Positions 1 to 12,769 of a stretch of 38,704 bases of DNA are shown here, piece after piece. Source of the DNA: Catajapyx aquilonaris (taxonomy: Eukaryota); the NCBI GenBank assembly GCA_000934665.2, contig JYFJ02003735.1:1-38704 (forward strand), read 5' to 3'. Below the pieces are notes generated by a model. It searched no databases and was not told the DNA's origin. It worked only from the letters and a program-made list of their open reading frames with translations. Numbering within the stretch: the first letter of the stretch is position 1; each line of letters begins with the position of its first letter. The translations under genes were made by a program, and so were the position numbers.

Positions 1-668
1 AATCAATTCTAAGGCTTCTGGAGGAAATTGGATGGAATGTCAGCTTCCTGATACGCTAAAGGAACCCGCCGGTATACACCTCTCATTATTCTACTGTCAA
101 CAATAAAATAATGAACATGTGGGACGGCTATACGTTCGACCAATTCAAAGTAAACACGACTTCCCCATTGCATCGACTTGGTTATAGCTGCTGAACTGCA
201 GTTATGTAACCTTTTAAAATTACGACACTATACGTACTCTTAAGAGCCATTTACAACATGCCTCAAGGTCGATTAGCTGAATAAAACCTAAAGACTTGCA
301 AACTTTTGAGGCAATCAGCTAATATAAATCTGACCTTCATGAAAACTTTTTTTGTCCCCATTTACAACATTTCCCCTGAGACACTGGCAAATACAGGGTG
401 ATTCGGTAGATACACCCGAGCAATATTATAAAAAATTGCTATAACTGTGTTCCACTCGCAGAATAGTCATTTTTCCTAATATGGATTCTTGCAGCTAGCA
501 TATGTTAGTATGTTACTGCATACAGATATTCTATGAGTATATAGCAGCATCTGTAATTCAAAATCACGATTGCAAACTTAAGGTGACTAATAAAATACGG
601 TAGTGTGTCATAAAGAAAAGAAGCAACATTCTTACAATGAAAAAGATACCACCAATGGGTATTTCCTT

Positions 669-1000
669 ATATAGCCTCGATTATCCGTATGAAACGGGAC
701 CGTCAGGTGACCGGATAATAAGGAAGAGGGGAGCGGTATAGGGACGAAGTGAAAAAAATAGCAAACGACAGAAAGCGTAAAAAAAAAGAAAATGCAAATT
801 TAAAATCAGGTTTATTTATCTATACAATAGCTACGTCCCACACCAGTACTTGTCTGCGTGAAGAACAAAACACCTGTAGGAGTGACGAGGAAAATACGCA
901 ACATGGCGGCGCGAGCAGCACAAATCCGTAAGTACTGTACCCTTCAATATCGTGTGGATGTCCGGATAATACTGAAGGTCAAATAATCAAAACTCGACTG
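669..1000. mobile_element. Degenerate pogo/Tigger-type MITE
   Basis: Left ..CCTCGATTATCCG.. and right ..ATAATCAAAACTCGACTG, with internal CCGGATAAT repeats; the left TIR is eroded. Confidence 0.5.
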
Positions 1001-4000
1001 TCCTTAGAAAGTCTAATTTATGTAATTGAGACTACAGGGTGTGGTATAAAAAGCCTTGACTCATATCAAACTTCACCAAGCTTCCGTTTCACACTTTTTT
1101 TAAAAAATTAACTCAGTAGTCCACTTTCAAACTCCAACATAAAGGGCTTGCTGAGGCAAACTGCCTCAGGTTATTTCCACATTCTTCTTTTCACTTATGG
1201 CATAATTTTGAATAATGTCCACCAAAAAATTCGGTATATCAGCATCAGCCTATACTTGCTGAATTCTTTCTGTCAGTTTAGACTTCCTTCATTAGAGATC
1301 AGTGTATAACGATGTCACTTGCAGACCTATAGCAAAGGAGCTGAAAATAGATCTTATCTGAGCGACTGTGAATAAGCAAGCAATACAAATTCTGCCCTTG
1401 TTGTATTCTTCTCTAAAATGCATGTGCACATTACAGTATAGTTGAAACAGGTTCGTCAACTATCTCTAATATATTTTGAATCCAACATGATCAAACTTAA
1501 TGTACATTTGACGGTGACTAAACCCACAGGTGCGCCTAACCTACTTCATCTATTCTGAGTGCAGAGACGAGATGGACAAGATTGGCAAGGTTTCTGTTAT
1601 CTTCTTCAACATCCACACCGACTTATTCGTCCCTTTTTTCCCCCTAGCCCACCCTCCTCCAATTGTGCTCTACTTTTGGTCTCCTCTATCGCCACTTCAA
1701 CATCTGTTCTTTTGGGACTGAAAAGATCTTCGGCGGAACACAATCCTCCAAGGCCACAAATCCCCCTTCTCCTCCCCCTGCGTTCATCATCCCTCCATCT
1801 CCTTCGTTATACTGTACCTTCTTTTTTGTTCTCCTTTGTATCCACACACCCACCACCTGCAATATCCACCAAATCTTCCTTGAGCCTATTGTTCTAGGTC
1901 TTTTCTGTGTGTCTCCAAACTACAAGATTCGCTCTCTCCTTTTTCTACTTGGAAGGAGACTTTTTTTTCTCTTTTTTTTAAGCTCTAAATATTTGCTGCC
2001 TGCTATAGTGTTTGTCGCACTCAACCCCACCACCCCTACCCCATCCCCCAACACCAACAACCTCATCGATTATTTGGAAGTGTGTTCGCCTACAATTTTT
2101 ATGCTTTAGTATCGAAACAATGCCCAAACTAGAGTGAACTGGGTGCTGGCAATATGCTGAGGCTTTGCTGTCTTGTGCACATAAACAAAAATATAGGGCA
2201 AATCGCCATACACAGCTTAATTATATGACAACAAATCTGGCCGTCATTTTTAAACCGCGATAATCTATAATGACAAATAAATAAACTAATTGGCCTCAAC
2301 ACCAACAAGCGCCACTGAGAAATGGCTGCCTATTTAAATACATATTAATCAGATCATTCCACTAATTATGCTAATAAACCATGCAAAACTGAAATAAATC
2401 CCAACAGCATCAGATAACGTGCAAAATATGCATCTGCTACAGCGTAAAGCGATACTTCGCTTTCCAGTCCTCGTTTCCTACTATCAGTGGCCTTCAAAAT
2501 GGTTGTCACACTGCAATTACAATAATGCACAATCAGGCCCGTTTTCCTTCTGTGGTGCCATTTGTTCAATAAATAGCAAAACCTGAAAGTAATTCAACCC
2601 AATCTGCATAATGAGAATGCCAATAATATTTAGAGCAACACAAACATATCAATGTGTGCAATTCATAAACGGTGCCACCTACCCATATAACACGTGTGTA
2701 GAAAATCACCTTTCAAGACTATAAATGATAACAGGTGAAGCATAACTTTTGGGGTGTAAGATATTAAGGTTTCCACTTTCACTTCTTAACATTTTGCAAG
2801 TTCCCTTGTCCTGTTCAATGTCATGCAAGTTGGCAAATTTACCAATTTCAAACTTAAATGCACAACACAATACAGGCCACTGGTAATAAAAGAGTGCTGG
2901 ATGGAGGAAGTTAGCAGCTCCTGTGTTGGAATCTTCATTGCTGGCTGCTTAGGTTCAAACCTAGGTCCTAAGCCTGGATTATTATTACCAAGCACTCCCC
3001 GATACAGCTTACCTAAGTGTTACACAGCCCAGGAAGAGGAAGTTGCGTTGATTATCAACGAGTCACCCTTTGCATACTATAATATATAATGAATACATAG
3101 GGCAAACTGTTATGGCAGTGAGCACCAACTAACCACTCTCACACTTGAAAAATGCTACTGCGCTATATCTTATTACATGAATCATACTAAAATAATCCAT
3201 GTGCAATCATTTCAATGCATGCCAAATATCCAGCAATGATTGTAGAGCAAGTGAACAGTACAAATAATTGCTACATGCACTTACAAATTACAAACAATTG
3301 ACATGACCTTCCCATGGCTAATTTCCCCACAGGAATAGCTGATATCACATGCATTCAAATTGTAGCAGAAATGTTTTGAAACAAGCCTAAAAAATAATTG
3401 TTTTAAATTTTAAGAGGAACTTGGAACACCTTGGAAACACAATTTTCAAACGCACTATTAGTGATAAATTACAAATTTAATTGCCATATATCCACCAACA
3501 GTATTGGTATTGCCAAACAGATACATAATGGTGCTTATTTTACCTTTTTTGTCAGGTCAGCAAGATTTTCAAAGCAACATCCTGCCTGATGACTTTTAAA
3601 AAATAATAATAATAATTAATAAACATAAATTGAACAATGTCTTTAAATGGGCCAAATTCTCCAAGAGCACGTCGCTTCGCAATATGCAACTAATGTGAAA
3701 TACCAATAGAAAAAATTGGACACAAGTTACTAGCACTAGGTACTGGACTCCTTAACACCTGCACCATGATGTCAGCATGTTATCCTAGTCATAAAAGCAC
3801 CAAGTTCCACAACTTGAATCACCTAATTGGGTTATCAAAATGTCAGATCTTATAGATCTATGTAGAAATTTTTACAATGATGTCATTGAGTCCACTATCT
3901 CAAGAGGGAAAGTGTGAATAAATGTCTCAGCACTGACAAAATAATCACTATGGCTACAATGCAAGTTCACTTTATCTCCCCTGGTTTCCATTTAAAGTTC

Positions 4001-4945
4001 TGCGATTTGTTGGAGAAGTTAGGTTTTGGTTGTTAATTTCAGGTTGATTAGAGACAATTCCACCAATGCACATTATTTTATAAATGACTCTGGCACACAT
4101 GCATTGAGAATTGTATCAATACTGTTTCACTGCTTTGGGTTTAACTTGTTTATTAAACATTTATCTGAATTTGGTTTATCACTGGATAGAATGGGGCTGT
4201 TCCCTCCCATGATTCCCATGAAAGTCATTTGTACTCAGGTGGCCATTGAATTTCTCAGTGCACTAATGTTATGGTCCACAACATAGATTGAATTACAATC
4301 TGAGCTGATTCAATTATTATTATTGCAAGTGGGTGAATTTATTCTTCCTCCATTTTAATTATCTAAATCATGCAGGGCTCTTTGGAATTTGTATGATAAT
4401 ATAGGGAGTGAAATAACATTAGTGTTACAATGTAGGTTTGATGGCGACGCATTCCCTTCACACTGTCTACATCAGTAACGAACCCTGTTTACAAAATAAT
4501 TGTTCAATGAACCTACCTGAAAGTCACAATACCGCCACATCAGGAGCCATACATTTTCAGCCCACTTAAAAGTCTATCTACCATTGTTATGATGAAAACA
4601 ATCACCATACACTTCAGCACGAGGCATTGGACCATCGCGTTCAGACTCCGCTCTCCATCACCTTGTATTATATCCCTACTCCAGCTTTCCTAAGTACCCC
4701 AAATTGAATACCCCAATTAAACCCCAAGACTCAACCCACAACAATATATTAATTCCACCTCTCCCCCCCAAAAAACAGGACTAACTTTTCTATATACTAC
4801 CACCTCCAGTGCAACCTGTGGCCAAACCATGGTACTACTCTCTTCGTCCCCCACCTCCTCCCTTCCACACAGATACACACCCACACTCTTTCTACTAAAT
4901 AAATGTAAAAAAATTCACTAATGTCCATTGAACCAGTACCCTTAC

Positions 4946-5220
4946 CTTTCTTACTTCCCGGGTGACCCAACTACTGGCACAGTGCTCTCCCTTATCTTGG
5001 TTTTAAAGGGCACTGTTATACCGTCTTCAAAGTTGTCAGGAGGCAGACCAGCTCGCTCAATAACTCATCAAAACAGTTCGTCACACAGAGCGGGCCAATC
5101 CGTCCACCTGGGCCGGCCGTCCAGCCATACTTTCCTAACCCAGCAACTCTCTTATCACATACAGCCGACTGCGACCGCGACCGAACCTCGTCTAAGCGGC
5201 CATGATTGCCTTCTGCAACC
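4946..5220 (-). other. Probable first (5'UTR) exon of an unidentified minus-strand gene
   Basis: CpG-rich segment ending in a consensus donor AAG|gtaagg at 4946/4945, with a G-rich tract (5233-5300) just upstream. It contains only short AUG-initiated ORFs. Confidence 0.55.
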
Positions 5221-6220
5221 GTATACTACATTTGGGGGACGGGGAGGGAAAGGGAAAGGGGGCGGGGGAGGAGAGGGGCGGGGGCGGAGGTGGTGGGGGA
5301 AGGAGACCGGTTGCCAGATCAGAGAGCTTGTTTTTCCAGTACATAATAATATGTTTTTGTACTTATTATGTACCCTCTTTTTTACATCATTTTGGGTCCT
5401 TGACGCGGGTAGGTTGGAGCGGTGTTTGTCACTCTATTTGTGGTTTTAAATGTTCTGTTATTCGTACTGTGTTTTTGGTGACGAATACGGTATGCAGGTG
5501 CATGGGGTTGCTGTTATTCATTTTAAACATTTATTTGGGATGTTTTTCAGAAATGGTGATGTGCGATGTTATTCATAGTTACCCACTGCAGAATTTGCCG
5601 TGTAATCAGCCATATAATATGTTAACAATAACTGGAGTCGGAAAAAAGAAGTTGTGGTTTATCGGTGATGGGAATTGAATAATACGCTGCCAATGGACCA
5701 TGTGTTGTATTTCGGCCGGTTTTTTTAAAAATTTTATTTCACGGGAAATTCCCTGGAAAACCTAACCTGAAAAGAAACTAATAACTACCAATGGGGATTG
5801 GGAAAGCTGACGACTTTTAGGGTAGGGCTGACACCTCGTATCGGGAAAGTGAAACAGTTGGATTCATTCTTCACGGGCAGAAAAGAACCGTATATTTGTG
5901 GTATAACTTATTCAAATCTCAGTGAAAATACTGATTTTTCAACACAACAAAATCAGCACTAGTAGGTCATATATTGGTCATACGCGTTAGCGCAATATTA
6001 GTATTTAATCGTGTTATGACAATATATGTGAGTTTTTTTTTTCTGTGAGGATGGGGGTGGGAATGCCTTCACAAGAATCACCACGAATCAAATAGGCCTA
6101 ACAGAGTGACCATGTCCTCCACTCTCTGCCTTAATCAAGATTACAGACATTCAAAAGATTGAGTTAATGAGTAAAAATGCTATATTCTGGTTTACACATC
6201 ATAATGCGTACCTACATATA

Positions 6221-7029
6221 CAGGGTTGGGCAAAATGAATAGCAGGATTTGAATCACGTGATACGGTGGTGCTATTTGCGCATGCGCAGGATATTGGCGT
6301 GTGCTGGGTCAGGCTGGGTGGGGAAGGTATGCCATTTGCAAAAGTAACGTCGTGGTCAACAGAACACCCATGCAATCGTAGTGGAGGATTATTTTTAAAA
6401 TAATGAGTCCCCATAGCTGTACAAAGAATCTTTCTTCCACTTTTTTGGCTGGGACGTGAGGACAAAGTCCCCGACCACCGGATGTTCATAAGGTGGGTGA
6501 AGCAGTTTTGTGACAATGTTTCAAGTCGGGACCAGAAAACACTGGCCGTCAAAGGACACAGAGGATCCCTCAACGGGTTCAAGAGGTCGTAGGCAATGCG
6601 CTACTCCGAAGTTCTCAGCGCCATTCCAAGCTCCGTTGAGGGATCCGATGTGTCCTTTGACGACCAGTGTCTTCTGGTCCCGGCTTGAAGCTGTGTCCTA
6701 GAACTACTTCACCGACCTTATGAACGTCCGGTGGTCGGGGACTTTGTCCTGACGTCCCAGCCCCAAAAGGCGAAATCTCTTTTGTACAGCTTATGGGCCT
6801 ATGGGGGACTCATTAAAAAAAAAAAAAAACTCCACTACGAATGCATGGTAGTGTTCTGCTGACCACGACGCTATTTTTGCAAATGACATACCATGGTCAA
6901 GGAGTGTTGGTATTTTTGCAAATGGCATATACCTTCCCCACTCCAGCACACGCCAATATCCTGCGCATGCGCAAATAGCACCACCGTACCACGTGATTCA
7001 AATCCTGCTATTCATTTTGCTCAACCCTG
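6221..7029. mobile_element. Tc1/mariner-type fold-back MITE (~810 bp, almost fully palindromic)
   Basis: TA|CAGGGTTGGGCAAAATGAATAGCAGG ... CCTGCTATTCATTTTGCTCAACCCTG|TA; arms pair over ~350 bp. Confidence 0.9.
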
Positions 7030-7031
7030 TA

Positions 7032-7158
7032 CAGTGCTGGACATAATTATTAGCAGTCCCTAAAATCCTAAATGTTTCTTTTTCGGCATAGCTAGGCGGG
7101 ACTGGCGTTACCTGTCAACTAAGTAAATATTTAGGGACTGCTAATATGTCCAGCACTG
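7032..7158. mobile_element. Small Tc1/mariner-type MITE
   Basis: TA|CAGTGCTGGACATA..TTAGCAGTCCCTAAA ... TTTAGGGACTGCTAATATGTCCAGCACTG|TA; shares the TA at 7030-7031 with the previous element. Confidence 0.88.
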
Positions 7159-7907
7159 TACATACGTAGCCTACGTACTGTAGCCTATACATACATAAGT
7201 TACATTATAATTTATACTATAAGTTACATACATGTATACATATGTAATGCAATCATACTACGGTATGCTTTATAACCACAACCACGGCATTTCATTAAAG
7301 TAGCCTATCTGTATAGCCTATAGCCTATACGGTATACTGCGTAATAGTAGTGTCAATCTTGGTAGTGTAGCCTACAGTAGACTACATATACCCAGAGAAT
7401 TTATAGGCTGCTGTAGAGAAGCTTATCGGTGAAACAACTCTCGCACCAATCAAGAATAAAACAAGAACTGTCAAAAAATTTATACTATAAATTCATCCCC
7501 CTATCAAGTAACAACTAAGCCACTAAGGATAAATACCGTATTACCCCGCATGTTTCGACAGCCTGGCGATAAAAAGGGGGTGACCTTATTTTAGAAAACG
7601 CGTATCTGGAAAGCCGGCATACCTGTATAAAGTGGGGTATGCCCGATTGACTGTATAGAGTGGGATTTTGCGAAAAATATGTCAAGTGACAGGTATTATT
7701 CTTCCTAGACGGGGGAATTGGGGGAATACAGCCACGCCCACTCTTCCCCATTCGTCAGTTGCTATTCGTGACGCACTTCACAACTTTTGACCAAATGCGA
7801 CCTTTCATCCTACTCTCTGAGCAAGGTGTAATTTTCGTCAATAAACATGAGTTCATGCTTTACTTCTAACCTGCCAGTCGTTGTGCATCTCTACAAAAGG
7901 ACATTCA

Positions 7908-8032
7908 GGGCCGGTTTCACCGAGCTCAGTATATGATAAAACCAGGGTATTTCTCAAAATCCCTATCTATTTGTATGGATTTTCCTAAAGAAACCTGGTT
8001 TTATCATATACCAAGCTCGGTGAAACCGGCCC
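7908..8032. mobile_element. PIF/Harbinger-type MITE
   Basis: TCA|GGGCCGGTTTCACCGAGCT ... AGCTCGGTGAAACCGGCCC|TCA (3-bp TSD). Confidence 0.88.
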
Positions 8033-9724
8033 TCAATAGCGGTTCAAATTAAAATATCTAATATAAGTTTCATGGGAAGAATGAAACCGTGAAATGTCCC
8101 ATTTTCATAGGCTTCCCGTGGGTATACCGGACCCTGGTCGGCTTCACTCTATCCCGGCTTGCCAAAATATGATGAGTAATATGGTAATTAGTTAGTCTAT
8201 TAACTTACCAATAATTCATTGCACTGGTCATACGCGGTCATATATACGAGATGGCCAGGTGAATGGTATACCTGGTCATCGCCGGCTGGTAACCCCATCT
8301 TGGGAAAATGCCGTGATAGATTGTGATTACCACGACACAACATGCGTAATTACAAAGTCTCATACAATCTAAGAATAAAGTCAGAAATGAGATATATACG
8401 GTACCGGTAACTTACCGGTATCGTTAGCGGGCTGTCACGAGATATATATATTCCGAGTGGCGCAGGCCTACATATTTATATTGTACGGCATGTACTGTAC
8501 GCTATAGGATGTAGGAATCTCTTATTCCGATGTCATAAATACCATATTTATTATTATTTATTACGTACTTATTGGTTACGCCATAATAGGTCTTTGTTAT
8601 AAGTTAAATGTTATGTTATAAATACGATACTATGCAGATAACCAGCAATTATTTAAACGATCATCCATCGCATTTGATTGCATATAAGAAGCACTCCCCC
8701 CCCCCCACCCCCCAAATGGCTCAAAAAATCACCTGCGTGTAAAGGAAATCCTATTTGATCAGTTTAACACTCCCGTCTATTTTGTTATCAGTGTGAAAAT
8801 GAGTGTGCGACGGAGGTGGGATTTGTGAAGCGACAGACAGAGAACAGACACGGATGGGACGAGTGGTTTTGTAGCTCGGTCCCGAGTTTGTAGCATCTAC
8901 CTACCTCGCCATCCTGACATTTGACCCTCAAAAGGACAATACATTCCTTATTATCAAATCCATCGTGTTGGAACTTTCTTCATTCGGGGACTGCTCCTTT
9001 ACGACCATCGTCAGCTGGGGTGTTCCCGTTACACTGCGTCTTATAGGCCTGTGCGAAAATACACTCAATACTTTTTTCCTGAATGTGATATGCTGAAATG
9101 GGGTGCATCTTTTATGCCCGTACGTCTTATATGCCGTCAAATAATAAAGAAGGGAGTTTGGAGATTAGAATGATCTCCCTCTCTCTATAAACCATATACA
9201 GTACTATAAAATCTTGGGAAAATAATATGAACAACAGAAAAAAAACTAAGTACCTATACTGATTCCAACTATAATATGTTTACCGCATCATTTCATGCAG
9301 TTCATTACTTCCACCAAGAGCAATCAAACTGATGCGAGGTCATAAGCATATTGCTATTGCACGTCGGTCACCTAGGGAGCAGTATGTAAATTATTGTAAT
9401 AGGCTACACACGACAGTAGTATTATACCGTTTGTCACGAGAGCGGTTGCAAGGAAATCCATCAATATTCCACATTGCATGCTTTTCATGGTATTATTACT
9501 CGTATACTCGTATACTATATGACTACTATCACACCGATGCGTTACTACTATCTTGCTACTATTTAATGGTCCTCACCAGGGATTTATTAAGTAATCCCTG
9601 GTCCTCGCATAGCATCTCTGGGAACTAGAGGGATGCGACGGGCTGTAAGTTCAGTTGTCTCCTTGTTTGGTGGCAACGTGTGAATAAAGAAGCGCAATGG
9701 TTATCTAACGTCCAGGCTCCAGGA

Positions 9725-10458
9725 TATAAACACAACGTATGTATTGGAAACAATTTTCCTTGGCTAAATGTCCGTAAATTAATTTCCAAACAGATCGCCG
9801 TGACATATGAAAATCCGAGTACTACCAGCCAACTGTTAAGTTAGTGTGATTTAATTATGAAATACGTTAAAATATACGGAACAATAATCTTGAGAACCAT
9901 GCCAGAAGACTTTGTTGAAATCGTTGTACTTTCCGAGGAATATACTTTTCTGCGACTTGCCTGTCACTTCGGATACTCCCAAATTTACTAGTTTCTCGAA
10001 AAGTACGCCGATTTCAGCAAATCCACTTGGCACCCTTCTCAAAATTGTCATTCCGTATATTTTAACGTATTACATAATTAAATCAGCCTAACAGTTGGCC
10101 GGCAGTACTTGAATTTGGGTTTTCATTTTTTTGGAAATTAATTTAGGGACTTCTATGAGAGGGAAATTGTTTTCAACACATTTATAACGTTTTCCCTGAA
10201 CGGATAAGTAGAGCTGTTATTATTTGTAAAATATCTTGTTCGTATCTTCAGCGCACGAGTAAGCGGAAAACTAGGCGGTGGCGGGTGTAGCTGGTACTAT
10301 CGGGTTCAAATACTTTTGGCCACTTTATCCTGGTCTTGAAACAACCCTTCGCACAGACCCCACGTTAAGGAGGTGTGTGTGTGTGTGTGAAGGGTTGCTT
10401 CAAGACCTGGCGGTCGAGTTCTCAGCGCCTAGATTCTAGGGGGCTGGGGCTCAAGGGG
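9725..10458. mobile_element. TTAA-specific (piggyBac-like) palindromic MITE, left end missing
   Basis: Internally palindromic core shared with 22381-24140 and 34095-37513; ends ...CAAGGGG|TTAA and carries a hairpin insert at ~10298-10406. Confidence 0.8.
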
Positions 10459-10546
10459 TTAAATCTTCAACTGTCTTTAATCACATAATGAACCCCTGAG
10501 AATAGTCAATGAAACACATCTATATGTCAAGGAACACCGGACTATA

Positions 10547-10690
10547 TCTCTCTAAAAAATAAGAGTTAAATTAACTCTTTCTAACCTTGAAAATGGTCAA
10601 TAACTCATTTTTTGGTATTGACCACTTTCAAAGTTAAAAAAGTTAAAAAGAACTCAACTTGAGTTTTTAAACTCTATTTTTTTAGAAAGT
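10547..10690. mobile_element. AT-rich palindromic MITE
   Basis: CTCTCTAAAAAATAAGAGTTAAA ... TTTAAACTCTATTTTTTTAGAAAG with inner inverted TTGAAAATGGTCAATA / TATTGACCACTTTCAA. Confidence 0.65.
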
Positions 10691-11326
10691 AGGTCGCGAT
10701 AATGTCACTGCACGCAGAGGAAACTTGTACAGTACTGGTACGTTACATAACTTTTTGTTTTGTTCAGACTGATTATTATTTTTAATGAGAAAGATCTGAC
10801 TCAGGACGATCAAAGCCACTTTGGTTTGATTTCAGGGTACGGGGCTTTGAAATACACCTGTTATTATCCCTCATGGGATAATATTGTATCTTCAAACATT
10901 TTTCTGAACTGAACTGTAGGGCCTATTGCTGTATATTGTTCCAGCAGATAACTGACTCGCCCGTCAAGGACTACTTGTACATTATGCAATGCCTAATGCA
11001 CTATGAACCATAATATTTTATTATAATCGAATTGCAGTTCACAGAATCACAGGTATATACTTGTGTATGTTTGTCTCATTTAACGGAAACCCGTTATGTT
11101 CCGATAATATTTTTTGCGATTCCTCTATGCCCCTATGGGAAGGTTTTACTCTATTAATTAATTAATTAATTAATTAATTATTAGGGTAGAGCTCATTTCT
11201 TCTTTGGCACCTGACAAAATATACAGTGCATTTAATTGCTTTATTACAGGTGTACAGGGCTTGATCCTTTTAAATATATAACTAGGCACCAACTTGCCAA
11301 AATTAGGCAAAAGTGCGAAAGTGGGG

Positions 11327-11328
<2 letters not shown>

Positions 11329-11368
<40 letters not shown>
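11329..11368. repeat. (GA)20 microsatellite
   Basis: Perfect GA run; a (TAAT)n tract lies nearby at ~11153-11182. Confidence 0.95.
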
Positions 11369-11369
<1 letters not shown>

Positions 11370-12769
11370 GCGGACCAGGCAGCAGCATCGAAGCGACATC
11401 CGACGGTGAAGTGCAGAAGTAACACAAAGTGCAGATGTAAGCGGGCGCCCTGCGCCCGGAAAGGTGTAAATGGGAATTCCGTGGAAAGGCTGTGGTCGGC
11501 TTTTTTTTTTTTTTTTGCGTTTTTTGAGTTTGACAAAGTCCCTGGGTAGTGGGTTTATTGCAAATATAGAAAACACGGGCAAAATTTTAACAGAGCCCCC
11601 AAAGCTGTAGGCCGTACGGTGCGGGAGGAGTTGTGGGAACAGTCGGCTTTAAACAATATAGAAGATGCCCGGGTAACCATGAGCAAGGGAAATGTGATGA
11701 CTGGAAGGATAGATACAAGAAGTGCAAAATGTCGCCGGTCATGCGTTTGGAAGCATGTTCCCTGCATGGTGTGTTTAGCGGAAATCTCACCGTGAGACAA
11801 AGTCAGAGGAATATTAGTAACTCCGGAATGAGAAAAGAAACCGGGATTTTTCTTCCACACTGGGCACGAACGTTTCCATAGAGCTCTATTCCGCCTGCTC
11901 TTCCAGTTACATTTCTTAGAGGACAAAGTGCTCTGCAAGAACTATAATATGACCACCCGGCTTCATCCCTTCCGGTTTCTTTTTGCTCATATATCAAGCC
12001 TTCATGAGGAAAGTGTTCCGCAACGTGGCGTCACCTTATCAAGCATGACTGGAAGTACTGTAACTGTACGTATCCACTAAATACCGGTACACATGAGCTA
12101 TATTGGCCAACTGCTGTAGACTATTAGCGATCTCATCCAGCCAAATATGTGAGCCACATCTGTCATCTGACATTTTATTGCATTCTGTATCCTGTGCTTT
12201 GCAAGTTAATTTCCTCCAGGTTTTTATTATGGTACTCACATCGTCATTCTCATATGATAAAACACCTCGCAAATGGGTGCTGTATCACAGGTAGCACATG
12301 TATTACAATAGTAGGCTATCATACGTTTAGAACACGTAAGTCTGGTGTTCTTAGGCGCGACTAAAGTCTGTCAAAAGGACTAACGGTTTCTTCCATCCCG
12401 ATCAGCAGAAGACAGGGTTAATATTATGCAGGTAAAGTCATTTTCCAAGTATATAGGACCATCGGAGATGAAATGCAGATAATACGCATTTGTGAGAACA
12501 TTTACCGTAGTTTATTACGACATCAAAGAAATAATGGTCTCTAATTTTCAAATCCCATGTTTCCACTCAACCAGACATCCTCCTTGTTATGAAATCTGCG
12601 CAGAATATTTCGTCCTGCAAACTTGTTGGGGGGAAAATAGGAATGAAAATGACCTCCTCCCATAAATGAAGTACCAACCAATGCACAAGTAGTTCCATTC
12701 CCGTGCTACAGCCCGTGAGCCTGAAAGAGGCGGAGACTGTGCAACAATAATAGAGCTGGCAGAATTTGA

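Noticed and set aside
1530..2109. Overlapping 60-148 aa ORFs
   Set aside because: They arise from pyrimidine-rich low-complexity DNA and show no recognisable domain or coherent splice structure.
4928..5678. 173-aa and 158-aa + strand ORFs
   Set aside because: Gly-rich stretches come from the G-tract; the region is better explained as the antisense of a minus-strand first exon and promoter.
6199..6701. Similar ORFs on opposite strands (PLRDP.CPLT.SVFWSRLE)
   Set aside because: An artefact of the palindromic MITE.
11369..11516. GC-rich segment ending GTCGGC-poly(T), resembling a Pol III or guide-type RNA
   Set aside because: No A/B box or recognisable RNase P/MRP, 7SK or 7SL motifs, and no associated nuclease ORF.
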